Shown here: positions 16,350-25,108 of the stretch, one piece after another
Position numbering within the stretch: the first letter of the stretch is position 1
Layout: each line of letters opens with the position of its first letter
From: Fimbriimonadales bacterium
GTDB taxonomy: Bacteria > Armatimonadota > Fimbriimonadia > Fimbriimonadales > GBS-DC
Direction of reading: 5' to 3'
DNA: 64,000 bases
NCBI GenBank assembly: GCA_025998675.1
Contig: AP024673.1
Span: 323,520 to 387,519 of the forward strand
The notes under the pieces: model-generated
Told to the model about the DNA's origin: nothing
What the model saw: only the letters and a program-made list of their open reading frames with translations
Database searches by the model: none
Translations under genes and position numbers: made by a program

Positions 16350-17249
16350 TCACAATTCGATGACGCTGGGCGTCCATTCGAGCTGGCACAGAGCGGCGCG
16401 GTAGTCGTCGGGCGTCAGCGTTTCGGGGCGGCGTCCCGTGAGCGCGACAATCACGCCCTCCATCACATTCGTGGCGAAGCTCTCGCCCTCAATCACGGGC
16501 GTGGTGGTAATCACACGCGCCGCCCCCGCCTCGCGCAGCAACTCAATATCCGCCCGACGCACCGTGTTCGTGAGGACAGTCTTGCCAGGGATGCGGTCGG
16601 GCATATAGCGGCGGATGTAGTGCCAGTCGCCCGCAATCACATCGGCTTCCTCGAACAGGCGCGCGGCGCGGGGCGTGCGCTTCTCCTGCTTCTCGCCCGT
16701 GGGGTAGAACCACTGGAACGGCAGGCGCGTGATAATCGGCAGCAGCAACCTGCCCAGAATCTCCACCGTGCGATAGGAGCGGATGGGGAAGGGCAGCCCG
16801 ACCGCGAACACGAGGTCGCCGTAAATCACGCGCCGCGCGAGGCGCGCCAGCTCCTGCGCCATGCCGAACCGATCGACGGCGGCGACCAGCAACACCGTGC
16901 TGCGCGAGAGGTCTACAACCTGACGCTCCTGCACCCAGCGCAGCGCCTCGCGCTCCAGCGTGTTTTTGAGACCGCTGCCGTCCACCACAGGGGTTTGCCG
17001 CGCAACGGAGACCAGCCGCTGAATCGAGCGGAAGGTGTAGCGGCGATTGCCCACCCAGATATAGAGGTCGGCGCCGCCGATGCCCAGCGCGTCGACGGCG
17101 CCGTCCAGCGTCGCGAACATCTGTTGAAAACGGCGCAGGTCGCCGTCCGTGCCGATGCGCTCAATCAGGAACGGCTCCCCCGCAATCACGACCTCGCTGC
17201 GCTTGTCCCGCCTCGACGAGCCGAGACTGACCGAGACGATGTGTTTCAC
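16350..17249 (-). CDS. Conserved protein of the family often annotated as 'quinate 5-dehydrogenase'-like (function unverified)
   Basis: GTG start with a GTGA overlap on the prs stop. 'VKHIVSVSLGSSRRDKRSEVVIAGEPFLIERIGTDGD' matches the SLGSSKRD...ERIGTDGD N-terminus that I recall for this family. Confidence 0.5.
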   Translation of the reverse strand: MKHIVSVSLGSSRRDKRSEVVIAGEPFLIERIGTDGDLRRFQQMFATLDGAVDALGIGGADLYIWVGNRRYTFRSIQRLVSVARQTPVVDGSGLKNTLEREALRWVQERQVVDLSRSTVLLVAAVDRFGMAQELARLARRVIYGDLVFAVGLPFPIRSYRTVEILGRLLLPIITRLPFQWFYPTGEKQEKRTPRAARLFEEADVIAGDWHYIRRYMPDRIPGKTVLTNTVRRADIELLREAGAARVITTTPVIEGESFATNVMEGVIVALTGRRPETLTPDDYRAALCQLEWTPSVIEL

Positions 17250-18205
17250 CGATAGTTCTGGAACAGTTCGCTGACCGACTCGTCGTGGTGGATGCGCTTG
17301 ATTGCCTCGCCGAGCAGGGGCGCGACCGACAGGCGCACGAGTTTGTCGAACTGCTTGTGCGGCGGCACAGGGATGGTGTCCGTGCAGATGACCTTCTCGA
17401 TGGGCGATTCGGCGAGCCGCTGCGGGGCGTTGCCCGAAAAGACGGGGTGCGTACACGCCGCAATCACGCTCACCGCGCCGCGTTTGAGCAGCGCCTCCGC
17501 GCCCTGCACGACCGAGCCGCCCGTGTCGATCATATCGTCAATCATAATCGCGATGCGCCCCGCCACATCGCCGATGATTTCCATCACCTCGACCTTGTTG
17601 GGTTCGGGGCGTCGCTTGGCGATGATGGCGATCGGCGCGTCGAGCGCTTCAGCGAGCGAGCGGGCGCGCGGCACGCCCGCCACATCGGGCGAAACGACCA
17701 CGATGTTCTGCTCGTGGTAGCCCTGCGCCATCAGGTACTCGGCGATGATCGGTCCCGCGTACAGGTGATCCACGGGGATGTCGAAAAAGCCCTGAATCTG
17801 CTCGGCGTGCAGGTCGACGGCAATCACGCGCGTCGCGCCCGCTTCGGTAATCAGGTCTGCCACCAGGCGCGCCGTGATGGGTTCACGCGGCTTGATTTTC
17901 TTATCCTGTCGCGCGTAGCCGTAGTAGGGAATGACCGCCGTGATGCGCCGCGCCGACGCCCGTCGGAAGGCATCCAGCAGCACCAGCAGCTCCATCAGGT
18001 TGTCGTTCACGGGTGCGCAGGTGGACTGCACGACGAACACATCCATCCCGCGCGCGCTCTCCAGCACCTGCACGCGCACCTCGCCGTCCGCAAAGCGCGT
18101 GCATATCATCTGCCCCAGCGGTCGCCCTAAGTAGCTTGCAATCCTCTCTGCCAGCTCGGGGTTGGCGTTGCCGCCAAACAATAGAATCTCCTGCCCGTTA
18201 TTCAT
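17246..18205 (-). CDS. prs: Ribose-phosphate pyrophosphokinase
   Basis: 'DLHAEQIQGFFDIPVDHLY' and the PRPP loop 'AIMIDDMIDTGGS'. Confidence 0.92.
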   Translation of the reverse strand: MNNGQEILLFGGNANPELAERIASYLGRPLGQMICTRFADGEVRVQVLESARGMDVFVVQSTCAPVNDNLMELLVLLDAFRRASARRITAVIPYYGYARQDKKIKPREPITARLVADLITEAGATRVIAVDLHAEQIQGFFDIPVDHLYAGPIIAEYLMAQGYHEQNIVVVSPDVAGVPRARSLAEALDAPIAIIAKRRPEPNKVEVMEIIGDVAGRIAIMIDDMIDTGGSVVQGAEALLKRGAVSVIAACTHPVFSGNAPQRLAESPIEKVICTDTIPVPPHKQFDKLVRLSVAPLLGEAIKRIHHDESVSELFQNYR

Positions 18206-19602
18206 TGTTCGTTGCCTCCCGCGCCTTGTTTAGATTCGCGCCGTTTGCGCACCCATCCTGCCTTAACCGTCTGATAACTGCGGGCGATTGCCAGCGATTC
18301 GGGGGGCACATCGTCGGTGATGGGGCTGCCCGCCGCGATATACGCGCCGTCGCCAATCGTCAGGGGCGCCACCAGAGTCGCGTGCGAGCCGACGAACACC
18401 CCGTCGCCAATCACCGTGCGGTGTTTGCGCTCGCCGTCGTAGTTGCAGGTAATCGTGCCCGCGCCGATGTTGGTGTGCTTGCCGATGGTCGCGTCGCCCA
18501 GGTAGGTCAGGTGCAGCACTTTCGTGCCCTCGCCGATTTCCACATTTTTAATTTCCACGAAATCGCCCACCCGAACGCCCGTATGCAGCACGGTACCGGG
18601 GCGAATGTGTGCGAACGGTCCCACCGAGACCTGCGAGTCGAGACGCGCCCCCACGATATGCGATCGAAAGAGATGGCAGCCGTCGCCCACCGTGCTGTCC
18701 TGCAGGTACAGGTCGGGTCCCAGCGTGCAGTTCTCGCCGACGATGGTCTCGCCGCGCAGGTGCGTATTGGGCTCGATGACCGTGTCGCGTCCGATGCGCA
18801 CAGTTGGCTCGATGTAGGCGCTGGCAGGGTCCACAATGGTGACGCCTTCCATGCAGAGTTGGCGCAGCAGGCGCATCCGCAGCGCGTGTCCGACCTGCGC
18901 GAGTTCCCAGCGCGTGTTGACGCCCAGCAGCAGGGTCGGGTCGGGCGACTGCCATGCGACCACGCGCGCGCCCATCGCCGTCAGCACGCCAATCGTGTCG
19001 GTCAGATAGTATTCGCCCTGCGCGTTCTGGTTGCTCAGGCGGGGCAGGGCGTCGCGGAGGGCGTCCGCGCGAAAACAGTAAAACGAGGTACAGACCTCGC
19101 GAATCGCTTTCTGGTCGGGTGTGGCGTCCTTCTCTTCCACGACGCCAATCACATCGCCTGTCGGGGCGCGCAGGATACGCCCGTAGCCCGTGGGGTCGTC
19201 CAGCACGGCGGTCGCCAGCACGCACGCGGCGTCCGTCTGCTGAGCAGTCTCCAGTAACGCATGGAACACATCGGGTGTGATGAGCGGCGAATCGCCCGCG
19301 GCAATCAGCACATGGGTCGCCTCTGGAGGAAGGTAGGGAACCGCTTGCATCACGGCGTGCCCCGTGCCGAGCTGTTCCGCCTGGAGAGCGTACAGGTAGC
19401 GTTCGCCCAGCGCGCGCTGCACCTCTGCCGCGCCGTGCCCTACGACCACGATGATGGGCGCGGCGCCCGCCGCCTCCAGCGCGCGCAGCACATAACTGGT
19501 GAGGGGTTGACCCAGCAGCGGTGTAATCGCCTTGGGACGCTCCGATTTCATGCGGGTGCCCTTACCCGCCGCCATCACGATTGCTACCGGTGTGGACGCC
19601 AT
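18202..19602 (-). CDS. glmU: Bifunctional UDP-N-acetylglucosamine pyrophosphorylase / GlcN-1-P acetyltransferase
   Basis: 'VAIVMAAGKGTRMKS' and C-terminal hexapeptide repeats. ATG 19602 (GGGAG RBS) was preferred over the GTG at 19665. Confidence 0.9.
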   Translation of the reverse strand: MASTPVAIVMAAGKGTRMKSERPKAITPLLGQPLTSYVLRALEAAGAAPIIVVVGHGAAEVQRALGERYLYALQAEQLGTGHAVMQAVPYLPPEATHVLIAAGDSPLITPDVFHALLETAQQTDAACVLATAVLDDPTGYGRILRAPTGDVIGVVEEKDATPDQKAIREVCTSFYCFRADALRDALPRLSNQNAQGEYYLTDTIGVLTAMGARVVAWQSPDPTLLLGVNTRWELAQVGHALRMRLLRQLCMEGVTIVDPASAYIEPTVRIGRDTVIEPNTHLRGETIVGENCTLGPDLYLQDSTVGDGCHLFRSHIVGARLDSQVSVGPFAHIRPGTVLHTGVRVGDFVEIKNVEIGEGTKVLHLTYLGDATIGKHTNIGAGTITCNYDGERKHRTVIGDGVFVGSHATLVAPLTIGDGAYIAAGSPITDDVPPESLAIARSYQTVKAGWVRKRRESKQGAGGNEQ

Positions 19603-19661
19603 CTGCAGACTCCCGACCGCGCGAGTATTATACCCCTGCACGGACAGCGAGACGGGCTGCC

Positions 19662-20657
19662 TCACAACGCAGGCAGCTCCATGTCGCTGCTGTGTCCGGG
19701 AAACATTTTGGCGGTGGGGTCGATAACGCTCTTGGCGTGGTTGACGGCGGTGCAGACCTCGCCGACGCCCGTGGCGATGAGTTTCAACTTACCCGGATGC
19801 GTACACACATCGCCCGCCGCGTACACGCCGGGCTGGTTCGTTTGCATGTATTCGTCCACCACAATCTGGTTGCCCTGCAGCTCCAGTCCCCAGCTTTTGA
19901 TGGGTCCCAGCGTCGCGACGAAGCCCAGATTCAGAATCACGGCGTCCACAGGCAACTCCATCTCTTCCTGTGTCTTGTTGTGGAAGATGACGGCGCGTTC
20001 GACGCTTCCATTTCCGCAGACGCGTCGCAGTTCGTAGGGGGTCAGCAGCTTCACGGGCGCGCGGCGCAGCTCCTGCACGCTCTGTTCGTGGGCGCGAAAC
20101 TCGTCGCGGCGGTGGATGAGGGTGACCTCATGGGCAATCGGGTAGAGGTTCAGCGCCCAGTCCACTGCGGAGTCGCCGCCGCCGACAATCAGCAGCCGCT
20201 TGCCTGCAAACAGCGATTTCTCGCGCACGCCGTAGTAGACGCCGTTGCCCTCGAACGCGGCGACGCCTTCGGCGTTCAGCTTGCGCGGGGAGAACGCGCC
20301 CGCCCCCGCGCAGATAACAATCGTGCGCGTGTGGTGCGCCTGTCCTGTGTGAGTCGTAATCGCCCAACCCTCATCGGTACGGGTGAGCGTCTCAGCGCGC
20401 TCCTCGAGGCATACCGTCGGCTTGAAGCGCAGCGCCTGGCGAATCATCTCCCGCGCGAGGTCTTTCGCCAGCACTTCGGGGAAGCCGGGCATATCGTACA
20501 CATACTTTTCGGGGTAGAGCGCGGTGAGCTGCCCTCCCAGTTCGGGCAGGCTGTCGATGATTTTGACGCGCATCCCGCGCAGTCCTGCGTAGAACGCGCC
20601 AAACAAGCCCACCGGACCGCCGCCGATAATCGTGATGTCGTAGAGGTCGGAGTGCAT
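19662..20657 (-). CDS. Thioredoxin-reductase-type ferredoxin-NADP+ reductase (YumC-like)
   Basis: 'YDITIIGGGPVGLFGAFYAGLRG', 'GGQLTALYPEKYVYDMPGFPEV' and 'LLIVGGGDSAVDWAL'. No CxxC redox motif was seen. Confidence 0.85.
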   Translation of the reverse strand: MHSDLYDITIIGGGPVGLFGAFYAGLRGMRVKIIDSLPELGGQLTALYPEKYVYDMPGFPEVLAKDLAREMIRQALRFKPTVCLEERAETLTRTDEGWAITTHTGQAHHTRTIVICAGAGAFSPRKLNAEGVAAFEGNGVYYGVREKSLFAGKRLLIVGGGDSAVDWALNLYPIAHEVTLIHRRDEFRAHEQSVQELRRAPVKLLTPYELRRVCGNGSVERAVIFHNKTQEEMELPVDAVILNLGFVATLGPIKSWGLELQGNQIVVDEYMQTNQPGVYAAGDVCTHPGKLKLIATGVGEVCTAVNHAKSVIDPTAKMFPGHSSDMELPAL

Positions 20658-20665
20658 ACGCCTGA

Positions 20666-20671
20666 ATTGTA
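20666..20671 (-). promoter_or_regulatory. -10 box GG-TACAAT, 8 nt upstream of the FNR ATG (leaderless candidate)
   Basis: The minus strand reads cgGGTACAATtcaggcgATG. Confidence 0.35.
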
Positions 20672-20872
20672 CCCGAAAGGGGGCAAATTAGGACTTAAGT
20701 CCCTAACATTTCGTCGAGGGCGCGGTGTATCATGCTGTCGATAATCCAGGCAGAGGCGCGGCTGGGCAGTGCGTGCTTCGATGGGAGTGCCGCGCTGCGG
20801 GCAACGATGCAGGCGAGCCGAGACGCTTTTATAACAACACGCACAGGGCAAAGTCCCTGCCGTGCCTGCCAA

Positions 20873-20908
20873 CCCGGGAAGGTTGACCAGCCCTTCCCGG
20901 GATTTTTT
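20873..20908 (+). terminator. Canonical intrinsic terminator oriented on the + strand, abutting the stop of the minus-strand DUF1800 gene
   Basis: Perfect 10-bp stem CCCGGGAAGG/CCTTCCCGGG with a 9-nt loop, then ATTTTTT. The T-tract overlaps the TAA (20907-20909) of the minus-strand gene. No U-tract exists for the minus orientation. Confidence 0.5.
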
Positions 20909-22301
20909 AGAGCATCTGATACTCCGCCGCGCTGAAGACGATTTGCAACGCGCCCTGCACGGTCTGGCGGTCGCGCTGGCGCAGGGCGTTCACGCCGCCG
21001 CGTTTCTGCAGGTATTCCAGCAGGCTCGCGCGCGTTCGGGGCTGCAGCGCAACATCCAGCGTGCGCTCCAGTCGCCCGACGAACTCTTCGAGGGTGCGTG
21101 AAGCGGGTAGCCCGACCAGCTCGTTCAGTGTAGCAAAGCCCACCGCGCCGCGCTGAGGCAGCAGAAACTCTGCAAAGCGCATCCGTTCCAGCATCGTGGT
21201 GGAGGTAATCCACGCCTTACCCCATTCCCACCCCGCGACATCGGGCGGGTAGAGCAGCAACTGTCCGATACGGCGCGTCCACTGGGTCGCCACGCGCAGG
21301 TACGCCGCCAGCAGTCGCTGTCCCGCGCCGTCGCTGAGGTTCACCGCGCGCAGTCGCTCGCCGACGCCCACCTGCCGCAGCGCGCCCACCACGAATTCCA
21401 CCGGGCTTTTCACGCGCTTGCGCCAGTTCAAGTGGCTCCAGAACGCGGGCGTGAGCAGCAGGCGACGCATCAACGCGCGGATGCTGTAGCCCGACTCGCG
21501 GAACACCTTCGCCAGCTCCTGCACGGTGCGCTCGTCAGGCGGCTCAGTGTCGTTAATGAAGTGCTGGTAAAACTTGCGCGCGATGTGCTGCGCGGTGGCG
21601 GGGTGTTCCACCGCCATCTCGATGATGTCCTCGCCGCCGAACGCGCCGCGCCTGCCGAAGACCTCCTTCTCGCCGTCGTCGTGCTGGTTGCGATTGAACA
21701 CGAAACTGGCGGTTACGCGGCTGAACGACCAGCCTGTGAAAGCGCGCGCCGCCTCCTGAATGTCGCGCTCGGTGTAGTGCCCGATGCCTGTGGTGAACAG
21801 CTCGAACAGCTCGCGGGCGAAATTTTCGTTCGGTCTGCCTTTCACATTCCGCACGCCATCCAGCCACACCAGCATCGCCGGATCGCGAGCGACTTCCAGC
21901 GTGAGCGTCTTGAAATTGTCCAGCCCCAGTCGCTGGAACAGTTGTATCTGGATGAGCATCAACCTGCCCGCCTGCACTTTGGAGGCGGAGGCAGCGAAGT
22001 GATTGTGCCAGAACAGGGCAAGGCGCTCCTGAATCGGCTGCTGCGAGACGAGCATGCGGTAGAGCCACCATGCGCTGACCGCCTGAGGCTGCAGGTTGTT
22101 CATGTCCCCTTGCAGCAGGCGCAGCACCGCTTCGTCGTCGATGGTGTGGTCATAGGGGCTTTCCAGCAGCCTGTCTACCGCGCCCTCGATGCCCAGCGAG
22201 ATGAGCGGCTCAATCTCGCTTTCGCGTGCGCTGAAACCCGTGCGTCGACGCAGGTGCGCCAATCGCTCACTCAGACTCGATTGCATCGTATCGTCCCGCA
22301 T
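20907..22301 (-). CDS. DUF1800 family protein
   Basis: 'LALFWHNHFAAS' and the N-terminal 'LAHLRRRTGF' typical of DUF1800. An internal ATG (22301 or 22286) is preferred, because the secDF promoter lies inside the track's N-terminal extension. Confidence 0.7.
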   Translation of the reverse strand: MRDDTMQSSLSERLAHLRRRTGFSARESEIEPLISLGIEGAVDRLLESPYDHTIDDEAVLRLLQGDMNNLQPQAVSAWWLYRMLVSQQPIQERLALFWHNHFAASASKVQAGRLMLIQIQLFQRLGLDNFKTLTLEVARDPAMLVWLDGVRNVKGRPNENFARELFELFTTGIGHYTERDIQEAARAFTGWSFSRVTASFVFNRNQHDDGEKEVFGRRGAFGGEDIIEMAVEHPATAQHIARKFYQHFINDTEPPDERTVQELAKVFRESGYSIRALMRRLLLTPAFWSHLNWRKRVKSPVEFVVGALRQVGVGERLRAVNLSDGAGQRLLAAYLRVATQWTRRIGQLLLYPPDVAGWEWGKAWITSTTMLERMRFAEFLLPQRGAVGFATLNELVGLPASRTLEEFVGRLERTLDVALQPRTRASLLEYLQKRGGVNALRQRDRQTVQGALQIVFSAAEYQML

Positions 22302-22381
22302 GGTATTGACGATTATAGGCAGCGGGGTGTTCAGTTTATAACGGTCTACACGCGGCGCAGTGCGCGGGTTTCGCGAAGGGG

Positions 22382-22387
22382 TATAAT
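22382..22387 (+). promoter_or_regulatory. -10 box GG-TATAAT upstream of secDF
   Basis: ggGGTATAAT, then 15 nt, then AGGAGGAG, then 7 nt, then TTG at 22418. Confidence 0.35.
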
Positions 22388-22417
22388 AAGCGCCAAGCAC
22401 GCAGGAGGAGAGACGCC

Positions 22418-25108
22418 TTGAATAAACACTTTATTTACCTGGGTATCGTTCTGTTGCTCGCGGGGCTTGCGGGCTACCTGTTCGCCACGCTGCCCGCACG
22501 GCGCGGGCTGGATGTGCAGGGCGGGTTGCGCATGACCCTGCGCGCCGAAATCGAGAAGCTATCCGACGAAGAGCGCAAGCTCTGGACGCCCGAACGCATG
22601 CGACTGGTGGTCGACATCCTCACCCGACGCATCGACTCGCTGGGCGTGATTGAACCCACCATCTATCAAAAAGGCGATACAGAGATAGTTATTGAGCTGC
22701 CGGGCTTCACCGACGAGCAGGAGGCGCGCGATTTGCTGCAGACCACCGCACGGCTGGAGTTCCGCTACCTGCGCGATGTGCGCACCGAGAAGCAGCCCAC
22801 CGGACGCTACGAAATCGTCCTCGAACAACAGGGCGGCGATGAGATTGTCAAATTCCGCGACCTTACCAGCCCCGATGGGAAGGTCATCGAGCCGGGCACG
22901 CCCGAATATCAGAAAATCATCGAGTCGTCGCCGCTAATCGTCACGGGCGACGAGCTGGAACGCGCGGAGGTGGTGAGCCAATCGTTCTCGCCCGAAGTGC
23001 TGCTGATTTTCAACCGTGAGGGGCAGGACAAGTTCGCGCGCGCGTCGTCGCTCTATCTTAAGGAGCATATCGCCATCCTGCTGGACAACAAGATTATCTC
23101 CGCGCCCGTGATTCAGTCCGCCAATCTGCGCGAGCCGGTGATTCAGGGCAACTTCACCCTGAAAGAGGCGGCGCGTTTGCGCGACCTGCTGAACGCGGGC
23201 GCACTGCCTGTGAGCCTCTCGCTGGAGTCGATCAACCGCGTGGAGGCGATTCTGGGCGCGCAGGCGTGGGAGCGCATCATTCAGGCAGGCGTCATCGGGT
23301 TTGCGGTCATCGCCGCGTTTATGGCGCTGTATTACCTGCTGCCCGGCGTGGTTTCTGTGATTGCGCTGGGGCTATATGTGCTGTTCGCGACAGCGATGTT
23401 CAAATCGCTGGGCGTGACCTTCTCGCTGCCGGCGATTGCGGGAATCATCCTGTCCATCGGCATGGCGATCGACGCGAACATCCTGATTTTCGAGCGTTTG
23501 AAAGAGGAGCTGCGTTTGGGCAAGACGCTGCTGGCGGGGCTGGACGCCGCCTTCAAACGCGCGTTCCCCGCAATCTTCGACTCGAACCTGAGTACGATTA
23601 TCATCTGTGTGATTCTCTACTCGTTCGGCACGGGACCTGTGCAGGGGTTTGCAACAACGCTTGGCTTCGGTGTGGCGATTAGCTTTTTCACGGCGATTTT
23701 CTGCACGCGCACGATGCTTTACACGCTGGTCGGGCTGGGCGTGCATCCGAGCGAGCGGCTGTTTGGCTTGCGGCGTCAGTTCGGTCAGGAAGTGGGCGAG
23801 CAGCTGGGCGCGGCGAAGGATCGCTTTGACTTTGTGAATAAGCGCGGGCTGTATTACGCGATTAGCGGCGTCGCCATCCTGATTGGGCTGGTCTTCTGGT
23901 TCGGGCTGGGCGGGCTGAAGCCGGGCATCGACTTCGCGGGCGGCAGTGAGCTGGTGCTGCAGCGACCAGCAGCGGGCGTGTCCCAGCCGAAGTCAGAGGC
24001 GCAACCGCCTGCAGCGCCTGCGCAGAACGAGCAAGCAAACCCGCAACCGCCCGCAGCGACGCAGGGCGAGCAGACGAATCAGCAGCCGCCCGCGGCGACG
24101 CAGAACGAGCAGACGAATCAACAGCCGCCTGCCGCACCTGCGCAGAACGAGCCGGCGAACCAGCAACCGCCTGCAGTGCGCCCCGAACCGATTGAGGCGA
24201 ATCTGGCGCAGGTGCTGACTCTGCTGCGTCAGGCGGGCTTCGAGAAGGTCGGCGCGCTGTTCGGCGACGGCAACCGCCAGCTGATTGTGCATGTCGCCGA
24301 CGCGGGCGCAGATAGCCAGCAAAAGATTGTGGACGCGCTCAAGCCTCTGGGCGAACTGCAGGTGGTGAGCTTTGCCAGCATCAGCCCGCGCGTGCGCGCC
24401 GAGACCGTGCAACGCGCCATCACCGCCGTGACAGTTGCGCTGCTGGCAATCCTGCTCTATATTGCGCTTCGTTTCTCCATCGAGGGTGGCTGGAGCGGGT
24501 TTAAGTTCGGCGTCGCCGCCACGATTGCGCTCGCGCACGATGTGCTGATTATGGTCGGCGGCGCGGCGATGCTGGGCTACCTGCTTGGCTGGGAGATTAA
24601 CGCGCTCTTTATCACCGCGCTGCTGACGCTGGTCGGCTTCTCGATCAACGACACGATTATCGTGTACGACCGCGTGCGCGAGAACCTGCGCCACAGGGCG
24701 CGCGGGGAGACCTTCGCAACGATTGTGAACCGCAGTCTGAACCAGACGCTGGCGCGTTCGATTAACACGAGCCTGACCCTGCTGATTGTGTTGGTCGCGC
24801 TGGTCATCTGGGGCGCGGTCACGCAGGATCTGCGCTTCTTCTATGTTACCATGCTGATTGGCGTGGTCGCGGGCACCTACTCGTCGATCTTCGTGGCGAG
24901 CCAGCTGATGGTGAGCTGGCAGGGCGCGCGTGAGAAGCTCCATCAGCGTCAGATGGAGGCGGCGAAGGCGACGGCGGTCGCGCCAAAAGCGAGCGGCGCG
25001 TCTACCCCTGCAGGCGCAGCGAACGCGACCAGCGCGCCAAGCAGCGAGGACGCCCCCCGCAAAAAGCATCACGCGCCGCATGTCGGGAAGCGCAAGCGAC
25101 GCTACTGA
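22418..25108 (+). CDS. secDF: Fused protein translocase subunit SecDF
   Basis: 896 aa with a TTG start and a strong RBS. SecD-type P1 head and TM bundle ('AGIILSIGMAIDANILIFERLKEE'). SecF part 'FDFVNKRGLYYAISGV...GIDFAGGSE' and 'GFSINDTIIVYDRVREN'. Contains a repeat insertion. Confidence 0.9.
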   Translation: MNKHFIYLGIVLLLAGLAGYLFATLPARRGLDVQGGLRMTLRAEIEKLSDEERKLWTPERMRLVVDILTRRIDSLGVIEPTIYQKGDTEIVIELPGFTDEQEARDLLQTTARLEFRYLRDVRTEKQPTGRYEIVLEQQGGDEIVKFRDLTSPDGKVIEPGTPEYQKIIESSPLIVTGDELERAEVVSQSFSPEVLLIFNREGQDKFARASSLYLKEHIAILLDNKIISAPVIQSANLREPVIQGNFTLKEAARLRDLLNAGALPVSLSLESINRVEAILGAQAWERIIQAGVIGFAVIAAFMALYYLLPGVVSVIALGLYVLFATAMFKSLGVTFSLPAIAGIILSIGMAIDANILIFERLKEELRLGKTLLAGLDAAFKRAFPAIFDSNLSTIIICVILYSFGTGPVQGFATTLGFGVAISFFTAIFCTRTMLYTLVGLGVHPSERLFGLRRQFGQEVGEQLGAAKDRFDFVNKRGLYYAISGVAILIGLVFWFGLGGLKPGIDFAGGSELVLQRPAAGVSQPKSEAQPPAAPAQNEQANPQPPAATQGEQTNQQPPAATQNEQTNQQPPAAPAQNEPANQQPPAVRPEPIEANLAQVLTLLRQAGFEKVGALFGDGNRQLIVHVADAGADSQQKIVDALKPLGELQVVSFASISPRVRAETVQRAITAVTVALLAILLYIALRFSIEGGWSGFKFGVAATIALAHDVLIMVGGAAMLGYLLGWEINALFITALLTLVGFSINDTIIVYDRVRENLRHRARGETFATIVNRSLNQTLARSINTSLTLLIVLVALVIWGAVTQDLRFFYVTMLIGVVAGTYSSIFVASQLMVSWQGAREKLHQRQMEAAKATAVAPKASGASTPAGAANATSAPSSEDAPRKKHHAPHVGKRKRRY
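24002..24178 (+). repeat. In-frame 39/42-nt tandem repeat (about 4.3 units) encoding QPPAA(P)(A/T)Q(N/G)EQ(A/T)N(P/Q)
   Basis: Units start at 24002, 24044, 24083 and 24122, with a partial unit at 24164. Peptide: QPPAAPAQNEQANP QPPAATQGEQTNQ QPPAATQNEQTNQ QPPAAPAQNEPANQ QPPAV. Confidence 0.85.

Noticed and set aside
19603-19665. GTGA-coupled GTG start for glmU at 19665
   Set aside because: It is possible, but it adds 21 non-conserved residues ahead of the canonical 'VAIVMAAGKGTRM' N-terminus. The ATG at 19602 has a GGGAG RBS.
20732-20935. 67-aa plus-strand ORF in the FNR/DUF1800 spacer
   Set aside because: It has no RBS. It reads straight through a strong terminator hairpin and into the end of the convergent gene. 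Its composition is unremarkable.
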